From NCBI GenBank assembly GCA_965215185.1, contig OZ244034.1:2752001-2816000 (forward strand): 64,000 nt of DNA, in the 5' to 3' direction. Position 1 is the stretch's first letter. Every line of letters begins with the position of its first letter. The translations under genes were made by a program, and so were the position numbers. Source of the stretch: Acidimicrobiia bacterium. Lineage in GTDB: Bacteria; Actinomycetota; Acidimicrobiia; Spongiisociales; ZC4RG35. The notes below the pieces were generated by a model. The model was not told where the DNA came from, searched no databases, and was given only the letters and a program-made list of their open reading frames with translations. Of the stretch, positions 1-8,665 are shown in pieces.

Positions 1-9
1 TTTGAGTGT

Positions 10-1230
10 TTGAAATCCTCCCGTCATCTGCGTTTGGTCCCGGTCTTGGTCATAACCATGGCGGCCGTCACTCTGTCCATCACAACTTTCGGCGTTCTCG
101 CCTCGGAGTTGATTTCTGCCATGAACATTGAACGGTGGCAGTTGGGGGCCCTGGCCACGTCTGGTACTTTGAGCGGAGCCCTATTCTCCGCACGGCTGGG
201 GAAGTGGGTTGATCTGGTGGGTGGCCGGCGGGCCACCGTCACCACACTTATTCTGGCCGGAGTAGCCCTGTTCTGTGTGGGAGTGGCACCCGACTTCTCA
301 CTGATGGTGGGAGCGGCTTTTCTGAGCGGAATTGCATCGGCCATCTCCAATCCTGCCACCAACAAGCTGATTTCGGTGGAGATCGAGCCCGGACGGCGGG
401 GCGTAATCATGGGGATCAAACAATCGGGTGTGCAGGTCACCATTTTTCTGGGAGGTTGGCTGTTACCGGTCTTCACCGGTTGGTGGGGTTGGCGAGGGGC
501 AGTCTTGACATTTGCGGCGGCGCCGCTGGTGGTGGGGATTCTCACTATGGCGAAAGGACCCGTGCCGGAGAATGTTCGATCTGCGCCGGATGAGGAAGAT
601 CCCGCCCGGGAAGCTGAAGACCGGAAGAAAATAGAGCGACTTCCCCGTGTGGTTCGCCGTTTGACGATCTACGGGTTCCTGTTGGGGATAGGGGTGGTCG
701 TAGTGGTCGTCTATTTGCCGCTTTATGCCGAAGAGGTACTCGGGATGAGCCGGAGGCAGGCCGGACTGCTGTTGGCGGTCACCGGACCGGTCGGGATTGT
801 CGCCCGGATAGGGTGGGGGCGTTTGGCTGAGGGCCGGATGGGAATGGTCCGCAGCTTGATGATCATTGCTCTGCTGGGGGTGGTGTCGGGCGTTGCTTTG
901 ACGTTCGGGGACCGGTTGGATATTTGGGTGATCTGGGTCACCGCAGGGGTGATCGGTCTTAGCGTTTTCGCCTGGACTTCGGTGGGAATGCTCGCCGTTA
1001 TCGAAGTCCTTCCGGCGTCGCTGGCTGGGAGAGGCTCGGGGGCGGTGTACTTCGGCTTCATAAGTGGTTTCGGAGTGGGCGCCCCCTTGTTCGGATGGTC
1101 GGTGGATGTGCTGGGCGTCTACGCTCCGGGCTGGTTGGCGATCACCGTTCTCTTCGCGGTCGGATTCTGGATCATGTTCGCGGTTAGAGGTGATGGAGCG
1201 CTCTCCAGACCGATCAGCACAGCCACATAG
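10..1230 (+). CDS. MFS transporter
   Basis: 406 aa, about 12 hydrophobic segments, motif-A-like GKWVDLVGGRR; paralog of the next gene. Confidence 0.85.
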   Translation: MKSSRHLRLVPVLVITMAAVTLSITTFGVLASELISAMNIERWQLGALATSGTLSGALFSARLGKWVDLVGGRRATVTTLILAGVALFCVGVAPDFSLMVGAAFLSGIASAISNPATNKLISVEIEPGRRGVIMGIKQSGVQVTIFLGGWLLPVFTGWWGWRGAVLTFAAAPLVVGILTMAKGPVPENVRSAPDEEDPAREAEDRKKIERLPRVVRRLTIYGFLLGIGVVVVVVYLPLYAEEVLGMSRRQAGLLLAVTGPVGIVARIGWGRLAEGRMGMVRSLMIIALLGVVSGVALTFGDRLDIWVIWVTAGVIGLSVFAWTSVGMLAVIEVLPASLAGRGSGAVYFGFISGFGVGAPLFGWSVDVLGVYAPGWLAITVLFAVGFWIMFAVRGDGALSRPISTAT

Positions 1231-1425
1231 CCGACCTTGCCAGCACAATCGGGCGAGATTCTCTTTGGTTCCTCGCTTTAAGAAGGTTCCTGTTGCGCAA
1301 CAATTTTCTGGTTTCCCGGTAACTGCGAACCAACAATGCCTTGAGGAAGAGTTTGTAAAAGGCCTTGACTGCCCCGGCCCTTCCAGAGAGGAGCTTGCCG
1401 GACGGTAGGGAGTACCGTTTTCCTT

Positions 1426-2634
1426 GTGTATCCCCGTCGTCTGGCTCTGGGCGCGATGCTGGTCTTTACCATGTCATCGGCTACTTTTGCCATTCCTGTA
1501 TTTGGAGTGTTGGCATCCGAGTTGATCTCTTCTATGGGAATCAAGCGGTGGCAAATAGGATTGCTGGTGACCGCGGCCACCTTGGGGGGAGCGATGCTCT
1601 CGCCGATGCTTGGCAGGTGGGTGGATGTGGTCGGTGGGCATCGCGCCATCAATACGACCTTGGTGATCTCCGCGGTGGTCCTGTTCTGTGTGGGAATCGC
1701 GCAGGAGTTCTCCTTGGTTATCGGTGCAGCGTTTCTTGCGGGCTTGGCGATGGCCATTTCCAATCCGGCAACCAATAAGCGGATCTCGATGGAAACCGTG
1801 CCCGGCCAGCAAGGATTCCTCGTCGGGTTGAAACAGTCGGGGTCGTTGATCAGCGCGGCGATCGGGGGAATGCTGCTGCCAGTCTTCACCGGCTGGTGGG
1901 GGTGGCGATGGGCAGTGATCGTGTTTGCGGTGGCGCCCCTGGCAGTGGCGGTTCGTTACATGGCGCAGAAGCCACGATTGGACCCGGGCGGCGGCCGGTC
2001 AGATGGCGAGACTCAAACCAGGATCAGCGCGTCGCCCACCGGCCGACTTCCGGGGTGGATGCAACGTTTGACGGTCTACGCCTTCTTGATGGGGGCGGGC
2101 ATCACTTCCGTGCTCACCTATTTGCCGCTCTACGCCCAGGAAGTGTTGGGGATGAGCCAGGGCCAAGCCGGCTTGGCCCTGTCGGTTGCCGGATGGGCCG
2201 GAATGTTCAGCCTGGTGGGGTGGACTCGTTTGGCCGATGGACGGTTCGGGTCGCAGCGATGCCTGATAGTCATTGGCTGCCTGGGAATGGCATTGGGATT
2301 GGTTCTGGCATATGGGCCCACCTTGGGATGGTGGTCGATCTGGTTGGCCGCATTGCTTACCGGGCTTAGCGGCAGTTCCTGGAACGCGGTGTGCATGCTG
2401 GTCGTCATCCAGGGATTGTCGGAGTCATTGACCGGCAAGGGCTCGGGAGTGATGGCCGCCGGCGCGCTGGGCGGCGCGGGGGTTGGCGCACCTCTGCTTG
2501 GATGGTCGGTGGATCACCTGGGTGTCTACACACCGGGCTGGCTGGGGGTTGCCGCACTGTTTGCCGCCGGTACTGGAGTCATGGTGACAGTAAGGGGCGC
2601 TAGGAGCCTCCCGCAGTCGGCCAGAGGCGCATAG
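1426..2634 (+). CDS. MFS transporter (tandem paralog)
   Basis: 402 aa; GRWVDVVGGHR; shares ISNPATNK, FTGWWGWR and GVYxPGWL with the upstream gene. Confidence 0.85.
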   Translation: MYPRRLALGAMLVFTMSSATFAIPVFGVLASELISSMGIKRWQIGLLVTAATLGGAMLSPMLGRWVDVVGGHRAINTTLVISAVVLFCVGIAQEFSLVIGAAFLAGLAMAISNPATNKRISMETVPGQQGFLVGLKQSGSLISAAIGGMLLPVFTGWWGWRWAVIVFAVAPLAVAVRYMAQKPRLDPGGGRSDGETQTRISASPTGRLPGWMQRLTVYAFLMGAGITSVLTYLPLYAQEVLGMSQGQAGLALSVAGWAGMFSLVGWTRLADGRFGSQRCLIVIGCLGMALGLVLAYGPTLGWWSIWLAALLTGLSGSSWNAVCMLVVIQGLSESLTGKGSGVMAAGALGGAGVGAPLLGWSVDHLGVYTPGWLGVAALFAAGTGVMVTVRGARSLPQSARGA

Positions 2635-2732
2635 CTTTCTCTTCGCCGGCAGACAGCCTTATGACAAGACCGCTTGCCACCGGATCCGGTGTTTGTCCAA
2701 AGCAATCGGTCGTGAAAGACGGGACGCAGCGG

Positions 2733-3383
2733 TTAGCGCCGCCGTATGACGGTCACACCGTCCGCAAAAGGTAGCAGAACCGCCTCAAGATCCGGAGAAG
2801 CGGCGACCGCATCGTTGAAGCGGCGAATGCCAGTGGTCTCAGGGGTCTGATCGGCGGCGTCGATCACCCGACCCGACCAGAGGGTGTTGTCGGCCACAAT
2901 CACCCCACCGGAGGTGACCAGTTGTGTCAAACTTTCAAGGTACAGGGGGTAGTTTGGCTTGTCAGCGTCGAGAAAAGCCATGTCAAAAGGGCCTTCCAAT
3001 CGGGATAGCGTGTCCCGGGCTGGGCCTATTAGAAGGGTTATGCGATCAGCCACACCGGCCTCTTCCCAAGCACGCCTGGCGTGGGCCGTGTACTCCTCCG
3101 AGAGGTCGCAGCACACTAGATGGCCACCTTCGGGAAGGGCTTCCGCCATCCATAGGGAAGACAGCCCAGTGAATGTTCCGATTTCAAGCACCTTCTTTGC
3201 GCCGATCAGCTTCATCAGCAATGCCAAGAAAGGACCCTGGAGGGGATGGATCTGCATTCTGGACAGTTCCGGATAGTGTCGAGCCGTTTCCTCGATCACC
3301 TTTCGACCCACAGAGTTGCCTTCCATGGACCTTGCAAGGGCGTATTCAGCGAGGTCAGCCTCCGTGGCTACATTCTTGCTCAC
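2733..3383 (-). CDS. SAM-dependent O-methyltransferase (CCoAOMT/Methyltransf_3-like)
   Basis: VLEIGTFTGLS, FDMAFLDADKPNY and VADNTLWSG motifs. Confidence 0.9.
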   Translation of the reverse strand: MSKNVATEADLAEYALARSMEGNSVGRKVIEETARHYPELSRMQIHPLQGPFLALLMKLIGAKKVLEIGTFTGLSSLWMAEALPEGGHLVCCDLSEEYTAHARRAWEEAGVADRITLLIGPARDTLSRLEGPFDMAFLDADKPNYPLYLESLTQLVTSGGVIVADNTLWSGRVIDAADQTPETTGIRRFNDAVAASPDLEAVLLPFADGVTVIRRR

Positions 3384-3543
3384 AAAGATCAGATTAGGGG
3401 AAGGGAAGCCAGGACAGAAAGAGGATGGCGTAAATAGGGGGAGCGAACCGCCTTTTTCAGCAGGGAAGTGGGTCGGTTGGCGCCGGCTTCGAGGCGGTCG
3501 GATCAGAGGACTGCCGTAGCGGTACCGTTAAAAACTGGTTCTC

Positions 3544-4164
3544 ATGTTGGTAGGCGCTCTTCGCACGAAAAGCAGGAAAAGGCGGGCAGGAGCCTGGTGG
3601 AACCTGCTGTTGTTGATCACGGTGTCCTGTGCAACCGGGGAGAACGTCGGTACTTCGGACGCATCCCAAGCGGTACAGGCTGCTGCGGATGCTTCCATGA
3701 CTACCGCGGCGGCAACCACCGTTACCACCCGGGTCTCCAACACGGTCGCTCCTATCACGACCGCCCCCGCGGTCAGCCCCACCGCCGCTACCGCTGCGAC
3801 GCCCACGCAGACCTCTACGACTTCGCCTACCACCCAACCAACCGCTGTTACTACCGCTGTGCCTACCACAGTTGCAGCCACCACCACTACCTTGCCTGAT
3901 GACCTAACTATTGTGGAGGTGGTTATCAGGCAAGGGAAAGCTATTTCTGAGGGAAGAGTCGAGGTTCCCCTTGGTAATCGGATCTCGATGCGATTCGATG
4001 CGGATGCCCGACTTGTAGTGCACATTCATGGCTATGACGAAGAAATCTCCGTGGAAGCCGGCGTTCAAACTGTGCATGAGTTCGAAGCGAACCTGCCCGG
4101 GATCTTCGAAGTGGAGGATCATGTGACCCATCGCCTGCTGATCGAGCTGAAGGTTTCGCCCTGA
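3544..4164 (+). CDS. putative lipoprotein: Thr/Ala-rich linker plus C-terminal cupredoxin-like domain
   Basis: lipobox-like ITVSC; long T/A/P tract; VHIHGYD...PGIFEVEDH C-terminal domain. Confidence 0.65.
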   Translation: MLVGALRTKSRKRRAGAWWNLLLLITVSCATGENVGTSDASQAVQAAADASMTTAAATTVTTRVSNTVAPITTAPAVSPTAATAATPTQTSTTSPTTQPTAVTTAVPTTVAATTTTLPDDLTIVEVVIRQGKAISEGRVEVPLGNRISMRFDADARLVVHIHGYDEEISVEAGVQTVHEFEANLPGIFEVEDHVTHRLLIELKVSP

Positions 4165-4173
4165 GGTGAGAGG

Positions 4174-5505
4174 ATGACGCTGGCTCACGGTATCGGTGGT
4201 CGTCTCGATCTGCCCATCCCGCTCTTCTACTTCGTCTTGGCCGCCATTACGGTGCTGGTGCTGACCTTTGTGATGCTGTCGGCTCGGTGGCACGATCCTC
4301 GGATGCAGGGGGTGGTGGGCACAGAAGTGACGGCGACTCTGTGGCCGCGGTTGTTGGGAGTGATCTTTTCGGTCGTGACGCTCGCCTTGTTGGTGTTGCT
4401 GATGATCTCCGGCTTCTGGGGGTCAGAGGATCCAGTGGAGAACCCGGCGCCGGTCATGGTCTATGTGGGACTGTGGTTGGTCCTTCCGTTCCTGTCGGCG
4501 TTGGTGGGCGACTTTTACCGGGTGGTGGCGCCGTGGCGGGCGCTGGCCCGTTGGCTAGGAGTGGGGAGGACGGAGAAGCCGAAAACAGCCGACCGGCTTG
4601 GATACTGGCCGGCGGCGGCGGTGCTCTTGATCTTCACCTGGTGGGAGTTGGTGTCTCCCGTCGGAAGCGTTCCCGCTCTGCTGGCTTTGGCGGCAGTGGT
4701 CTATACCGCTTACATGCTGATCACCATGCAATGGTGTGGGCGTGCTACCCAACTGACCACCTGGGACGGGTTCGGGGCCTATAACCATCTAATGGGGGCC
4801 ATCGGTCCTTTTGGGAAAAACCGGCAGGGTGTATTGGTGCGGCGAGGATGGCTGCGGGGCCTGCCCATGGTGGCGGAGCGACCGGGACTCGAAGCTTTGG
4901 CGGTGGTACTGATCGGTGGCGTTACCTACGATGGTCTAATCGGGATCCCGTTCTGGCGCAATCAGTTGGCCGGTCCATTGGAGGACACCTTGGGGGCCAT
5001 CGGGTTGGAATGGCAATGGGCGGAGATGGTGGTGGGCACTATCGGGTTGGTAGCTGTGGTCTTGTTGATAGGGTGGGCGTTTCACTTGGCCTGCGCGGTA
5101 TCCCTGCATTTGTCCGATGTCCAAATGAGCGCCTCCCGGGTGCGGTTGCGATTCGCCCACACTTTGGCGCCCATCGCTTTCGCCTACGCCTTCGCTCACT
5201 ATTTCACCCTGGTCCTCTACGAAGGGCAGTTTTTCTGGAGCGCTATCAGTGATCCTTTGGGACGCGGCTGGGATCTGTTCGGGGTGGGGGAGCAGTCAGT
5301 TAACTACGCATTGGTATCTCCAACCGCGGTCTGGTACATCCAGTTGGTTGCGGTCATAGCCGGCCACGTGGGTGGGGTGATCCTGGCTCATGACCGGGCG
5401 CTGGTCGACTTCCCCGGTCCTAAGGCGGTTCGTTCCCAGTACGCCATGTTGGCGTTGATGGTGGCATTGACAATGGTGGCCCTCTTTATACTGACTACGG
5501 GATAA
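4174..5505 (+). CDS. polytopic membrane protein (often annotated 'fenitrothion hydrolase' FedB-like; real function unknown)
   Basis: starts LAHGIGGRLDLPIP; conserved-looking PIAFAYAFAHYF, SDPLGRGWDLFG, GHVGGVILAHDRA, RSQYAMLALMV; RBS GAGG upstream. Confidence 0.7.
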   Translation: MTLAHGIGGRLDLPIPLFYFVLAAITVLVLTFVMLSARWHDPRMQGVVGTEVTATLWPRLLGVIFSVVTLALLVLLMISGFWGSEDPVENPAPVMVYVGLWLVLPFLSALVGDFYRVVAPWRALARWLGVGRTEKPKTADRLGYWPAAAVLLIFTWWELVSPVGSVPALLALAAVVYTAYMLITMQWCGRATQLTTWDGFGAYNHLMGAIGPFGKNRQGVLVRRGWLRGLPMVAERPGLEALAVVLIGGVTYDGLIGIPFWRNQLAGPLEDTLGAIGLEWQWAEMVVGTIGLVAVVLLIGWAFHLACAVSLHLSDVQMSASRVRLRFAHTLAPIAFAYAFAHYFTLVLYEGQFFWSAISDPLGRGWDLFGVGEQSVNYALVSPTAVWYIQLVAVIAGHVGGVILAHDRALVDFPGPKAVRSQYAMLALMVALTMVALFILTTG

Positions 5506-5507
5506 AG

Positions 5508-5666
5508 ATGATTCTTACTCATATTCTGGGAGAGGGTTCAGCCGACGAATTCATCTTTTCTGCGTTGGTGTTGACCGGGCTGGTTTTGTTGTTGCGGCGA
5601 ACGGAGCGCCGGGCGCGCCAGCGTCGTCAAGACATGGAAGAGAAGGCTTCTGCCCACGAGCAGTAG
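5508..5666 (+). CDS. small single-pass membrane protein (52 aa, not in the ORF track)
   Basis: ATG 2 nt after the previous stop; MILTHILGEGSADEFIFSALVLTGLVLLLRRTERRARQRRQDMEEKASAHEQ, one hydrophobic helix then a basic tail. Confidence 0.55.
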   Translation: MILTHILGEGSADEFIFSALVLTGLVLLLRRTERRARQRRQDMEEKASAHEQ

Positions 5667-5729
5667 ATACCGTGAGCGGTGCGTCGTGGACCGCGAAGAT
5701 GGAGGAGCCTTTAAGATTGTGTATCCTCA

Positions 5730-6914
5730 GTGACGCATATGAGTGAGTTCTTAGCGGCGGCGGCGGCGGTTCTCAACGCTCCTGAAGAACTGGTGCTGCG
5801 GTCGGCCGAAGCGAAGGCCAGCGCCTTGGGAGGAACCCCCGATGATTACTTGGCGGCATGGGGGGGCGGCAAGTCCGCTCCCGCTCCTGCAACGCCTGCT
5901 CCCGCTCCTGCTGCACCTCCGCCTCCGGTAGAGAAGGCTCCCGAGCTCCCCGTTCCGGAAGTGATGCCTGCTCCGGCGGCGGCCGTGGCCGTGCAGCCAG
6001 GTCCTGTGGCAGTGGTGGTGGAAGAACCGCCTCCTCCCACCGTGGAGCCTGCGCCACTTCGGGTTCGCCGACGCCTGGGTGGAAGGCTGGGAGCGGTCAC
6101 CGGTGCGGCGATGGGGCTGGTGACCCTGGTGGCTCTAATCCCTCGACTGGCTACTCGCGTCGACACCCAGGGTGAAGAAGGTGTCTTCTCTCCCTCTCTG
6201 ATCTTGACGCCGAGTTCGGCCATCACCTGGCTGGTTGTCCTATTCGGTTTCTACGGAATAGTTTTGGCCTTGTTCACCACCGCGGCGGTGGGCTGGCACG
6301 GGCCCGGCATGCGTTTGGAGGAGGGTGGGATGCCCATCGTGGTGGGAGGCGCCCTGACGGGGTTTTTGGTCGGCGCGGCGGCCGCGGGGGTTGGGGTCGG
6401 GATGTTCGGGACGCAGATACCGGGCGCCGAGGAGGTGGAGACATCGGTGGCGGCCGCGTTGGTGGTGATTGTGCTGGCCGGGACTGTTCTGGGCTGGGCG
6501 GTGGGCCAAATCTCGCAGGTGCTGGGTATTCCCGAGGGTATGGCGGGGGCCGAAGGTGAGGAAGCGGGGACAGTGCGGTTCCGACTGGGTTCCGCTATTG
6601 CTCTTCCGGTAGTAGGGCTGCTGACAATCGCCAGCCTGGTGTTGCCCGCCGCCTATCTGTTTTTGAGCTTTCCAGGCTGGGCGCCAATCATGGGATCGGT
6701 GGTGGCTGTCAGCATTCTGACGTTTGCCGGGCTTTCCGCCTCCCGCCCTGGGATGCGGATCACCCGGGGGGAGTTTCTATTGGCCGCCGCGGGCATCGGG
6801 GTGGTGGTGTTCATCCTGGTGGCGGTACTGAACACCCAAGGGGCGGGACACAGCGAATCGGAGGAAGACCACGGGGTGGAAGCCGAGGCGATTGAGCTGG
6901 TCGTCTCTAACTGA
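5730..6914 (+). CDS. hypothetical multi-pass membrane protein with N-terminal helical domain and Pro/Ala linker
   Basis: 394 aa; soluble N-terminus, PAPA-rich linker, about 7-8 TM segments, acidic His-containing tail. Confidence 0.65.
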   Translation: MTHMSEFLAAAAAVLNAPEELVLRSAEAKASALGGTPDDYLAAWGGGKSAPAPATPAPAPAAPPPPVEKAPELPVPEVMPAPAAAVAVQPGPVAVVVEEPPPPTVEPAPLRVRRRLGGRLGAVTGAAMGLVTLVALIPRLATRVDTQGEEGVFSPSLILTPSSAITWLVVLFGFYGIVLALFTTAAVGWHGPGMRLEEGGMPIVVGGALTGFLVGAAAAGVGVGMFGTQIPGAEEVETSVAAALVVIVLAGTVLGWAVGQISQVLGIPEGMAGAEGEEAGTVRFRLGSAIALPVVGLLTIASLVLPAAYLFLSFPGWAPIMGSVVAVSILTFAGLSASRPGMRITRGEFLLAAAGIGVVVFILVAVLNTQGAGHSESEEDHGVEAEAIELVVSN

Positions 6915-7719
6915 TCGGCGGGCGGGGCAGTTCCCGCTCTAACGAGTCCCAAGTCCGCTCAGCCCCGATCCATTTGAACCAGATCACCAGAATCGTTCCC
7001 CACAGGATCAAACCGCCCCCCAGTTTCATTATCAGTCCCGACACCTGCTGGTCGGTTATGGTGGAAATCCCAAAGTGGGCCGCCGAATCTATGTAGGACG
7101 GATATAGAGGGGTCCGACCGAAGGTCAAAAAGGAGGCGGGAACGGTGGGAATGATGGAATGTAAGAACAGGAGCAGCATCCGCAGGGGCGGATTGAGCCT
7201 GGGAATGAGTGGGGTGGGACTCACCACTGGTAGCCACACCAGGATGGCTACCGAGAACAGCCAGAAGTGGGCGACGAAATGGAAGAGACTTGAAGCCACC
7301 ATCGCCTCCAACACGGGCGGCCAGTGCAGTCCCGCCAAACTCAGGTGGAACAGGAAAAAGGTGGGAAGCGGCCTGCATAGTCGGCGTAGCACCGCTAAGA
7401 CCGACGGAGAACTGAGCAGATAGTCCGCCATCCAGCGAGGGGTTCCCATCAGCATCAGGGGAGGTATAACCAAAGCGACCAAAATGTGTTCGACCATGTG
7501 CAGACTGAAGAACACCTGCTCCGCCAAGTCGTGGAAGGGCCAACTGGAACTGGCGGCCAGGATCGCCAACGATCCAAACCACAGTGCCCGCTGGCGAGAA
7601 TTGGCCGAGGGTACGGTGGGCGCCACTAAGGGACGGACGCGAAGATCGGCATGGAGGTAGATCGCTCCCAGCGCCACCACCACCGCCAGGACATCCCAAT
7701 GAGGATGCCAGGGTGGCAA
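6907..7719 (-). CDS. ctaG: cytochrome c oxidase assembly factor (caa3 CtaG-type)
   Basis: FSLHMVEHIL, DQQVSGLIMKLGG; last gene of the cta operon. Confidence 0.85.
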   Translation of the reverse strand: MPPWHPHWDVLAVVVALGAIYLHADLRVRPLVAPTVPSANSRQRALWFGSLAILAASSSWPFHDLAEQVFFSLHMVEHILVALVIPPLMLMGTPRWMADYLLSSPSVLAVLRRLCRPLPTFFLFHLSLAGLHWPPVLEAMVASSLFHFVAHFWLFSVAILVWLPVVSPTPLIPRLNPPLRMLLLFLHSIIPTVPASFLTFGRTPLYPSYIDSAAHFGISTITDQQVSGLIMKLGGGLILWGTILVIWFKWIGAERTWDSLERELPRPPIS

Positions 7720-7724
7720 AGTGT

Positions 7725-8039
7725 TCAGCTTCCCAGAGCGATCACGCCGAAACTCAGAAGCAATATCGCATAGAGAATCAGCGCCAGCACCAACCCCGAA
7801 GTGAAAAACTTCGAAAGGGTGGAGCTTTCAAAACGCAGATGCATGTACCAGCCCACCACGATCACGAACTTGAAAAAGGCCAGAATGATCAGAAGCGGAG
7901 CATCCCACCCCCCCATGTCGGCGCTTTCATTTACGTAAAAGAGCGCCACCTCGATGATGGTGAGCACCGCCAGCAGGACGGCGATCTTCACATATTGGAC
8001 GGGTGTTGGGTGGTGATGCTCACCAGGATGGGCGGCCAT
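7725..8039 (-). CDS. cytochrome c oxidase subunit IV
   Basis: LAVLTIIEV and KFVIVVGWYMHLRFE motifs; ATG at 8039 just after the subunit III stop. Confidence 0.85.
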   Translation of the reverse strand: MAAHPGEHHHPTPVQYVKIAVLLAVLTIIEVALFYVNESADMGGWDAPLLIILAFFKFVIVVGWYMHLRFESSTLSKFFTSGLVLALILYAILLLSFGVIALGS

Positions 8040-8041
8040 CG

Positions 8042-8665
8042 TCAACCACCCGGTACCGGCGCGTCGGCCAAGAGATAGACCACGGTGAAGATGACAATCC
8101 AGATGATGTCGACAAAGTGCCAATACAGACCCACCAACTCAAGGTTCAAACCTGAGCCCTCGGAGAGCCCTCCCTGCTTTCGGGAAATCCCATAGAGGGT
8201 GACCAGCATCAATACTCCCAGCAGAACATGGAACCCGTGGAACCCGGTTAGAAGAAAGAAGGCGGAAGCAGCCGGGTTGGTGGTCAGCTTCATCCCGCTC
8301 ACGGTTACGAATTCCGTGAACTCGAAGACCTGTCCTCCCAGGAACACCGAGCCCAGCATGGCGGTGGCCAAGAGCCAGGTGCGGGTGGCGTGCTGATCGT
8401 TGCGGGCCAAGCTATTGTGAGCCAGGACCATGGTCAGTGAACTCATCAACAGGGCAAAGGAGGAAAACGACGTGAAGGGAATGTCGTATATCTCGGCCGG
8501 GTAGGGCCGGGCAAAACCGGACTTTCCCTGATAGAGGAGGTAGTTGGTGATGAGGGCACCGAAAAACAGGAACTCGGAGCTGAGGAACACCCACATTCCC
8601 AGCTTTCGGCTATCGATGCCGGTCGACTCGTGCAGGTCATGATGATCCACGGTCGTTGCTTCCAT
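8042..8665 (-). CDS. ctaE: cytochrome c oxidase subunit III
   Basis: GMWVFLSSEFLFF, TGFHGFHV, GLYWHFVDIIW. Confidence 0.95.
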   Translation of the reverse strand: MEATTVDHHDLHESTGIDSRKLGMWVFLSSEFLFFGALITNYLLYQGKSGFARPYPAEIYDIPFTSFSSFALLMSSLTMVLAHNSLARNDQHATRTWLLATAMLGSVFLGGQVFEFTEFVTVSGMKLTTNPAASAFFLLTGFHGFHVLLGVLMLVTLYGISRKQGGLSEGSGLNLELVGLYWHFVDIIWIVIFTVVYLLADAPVPGG

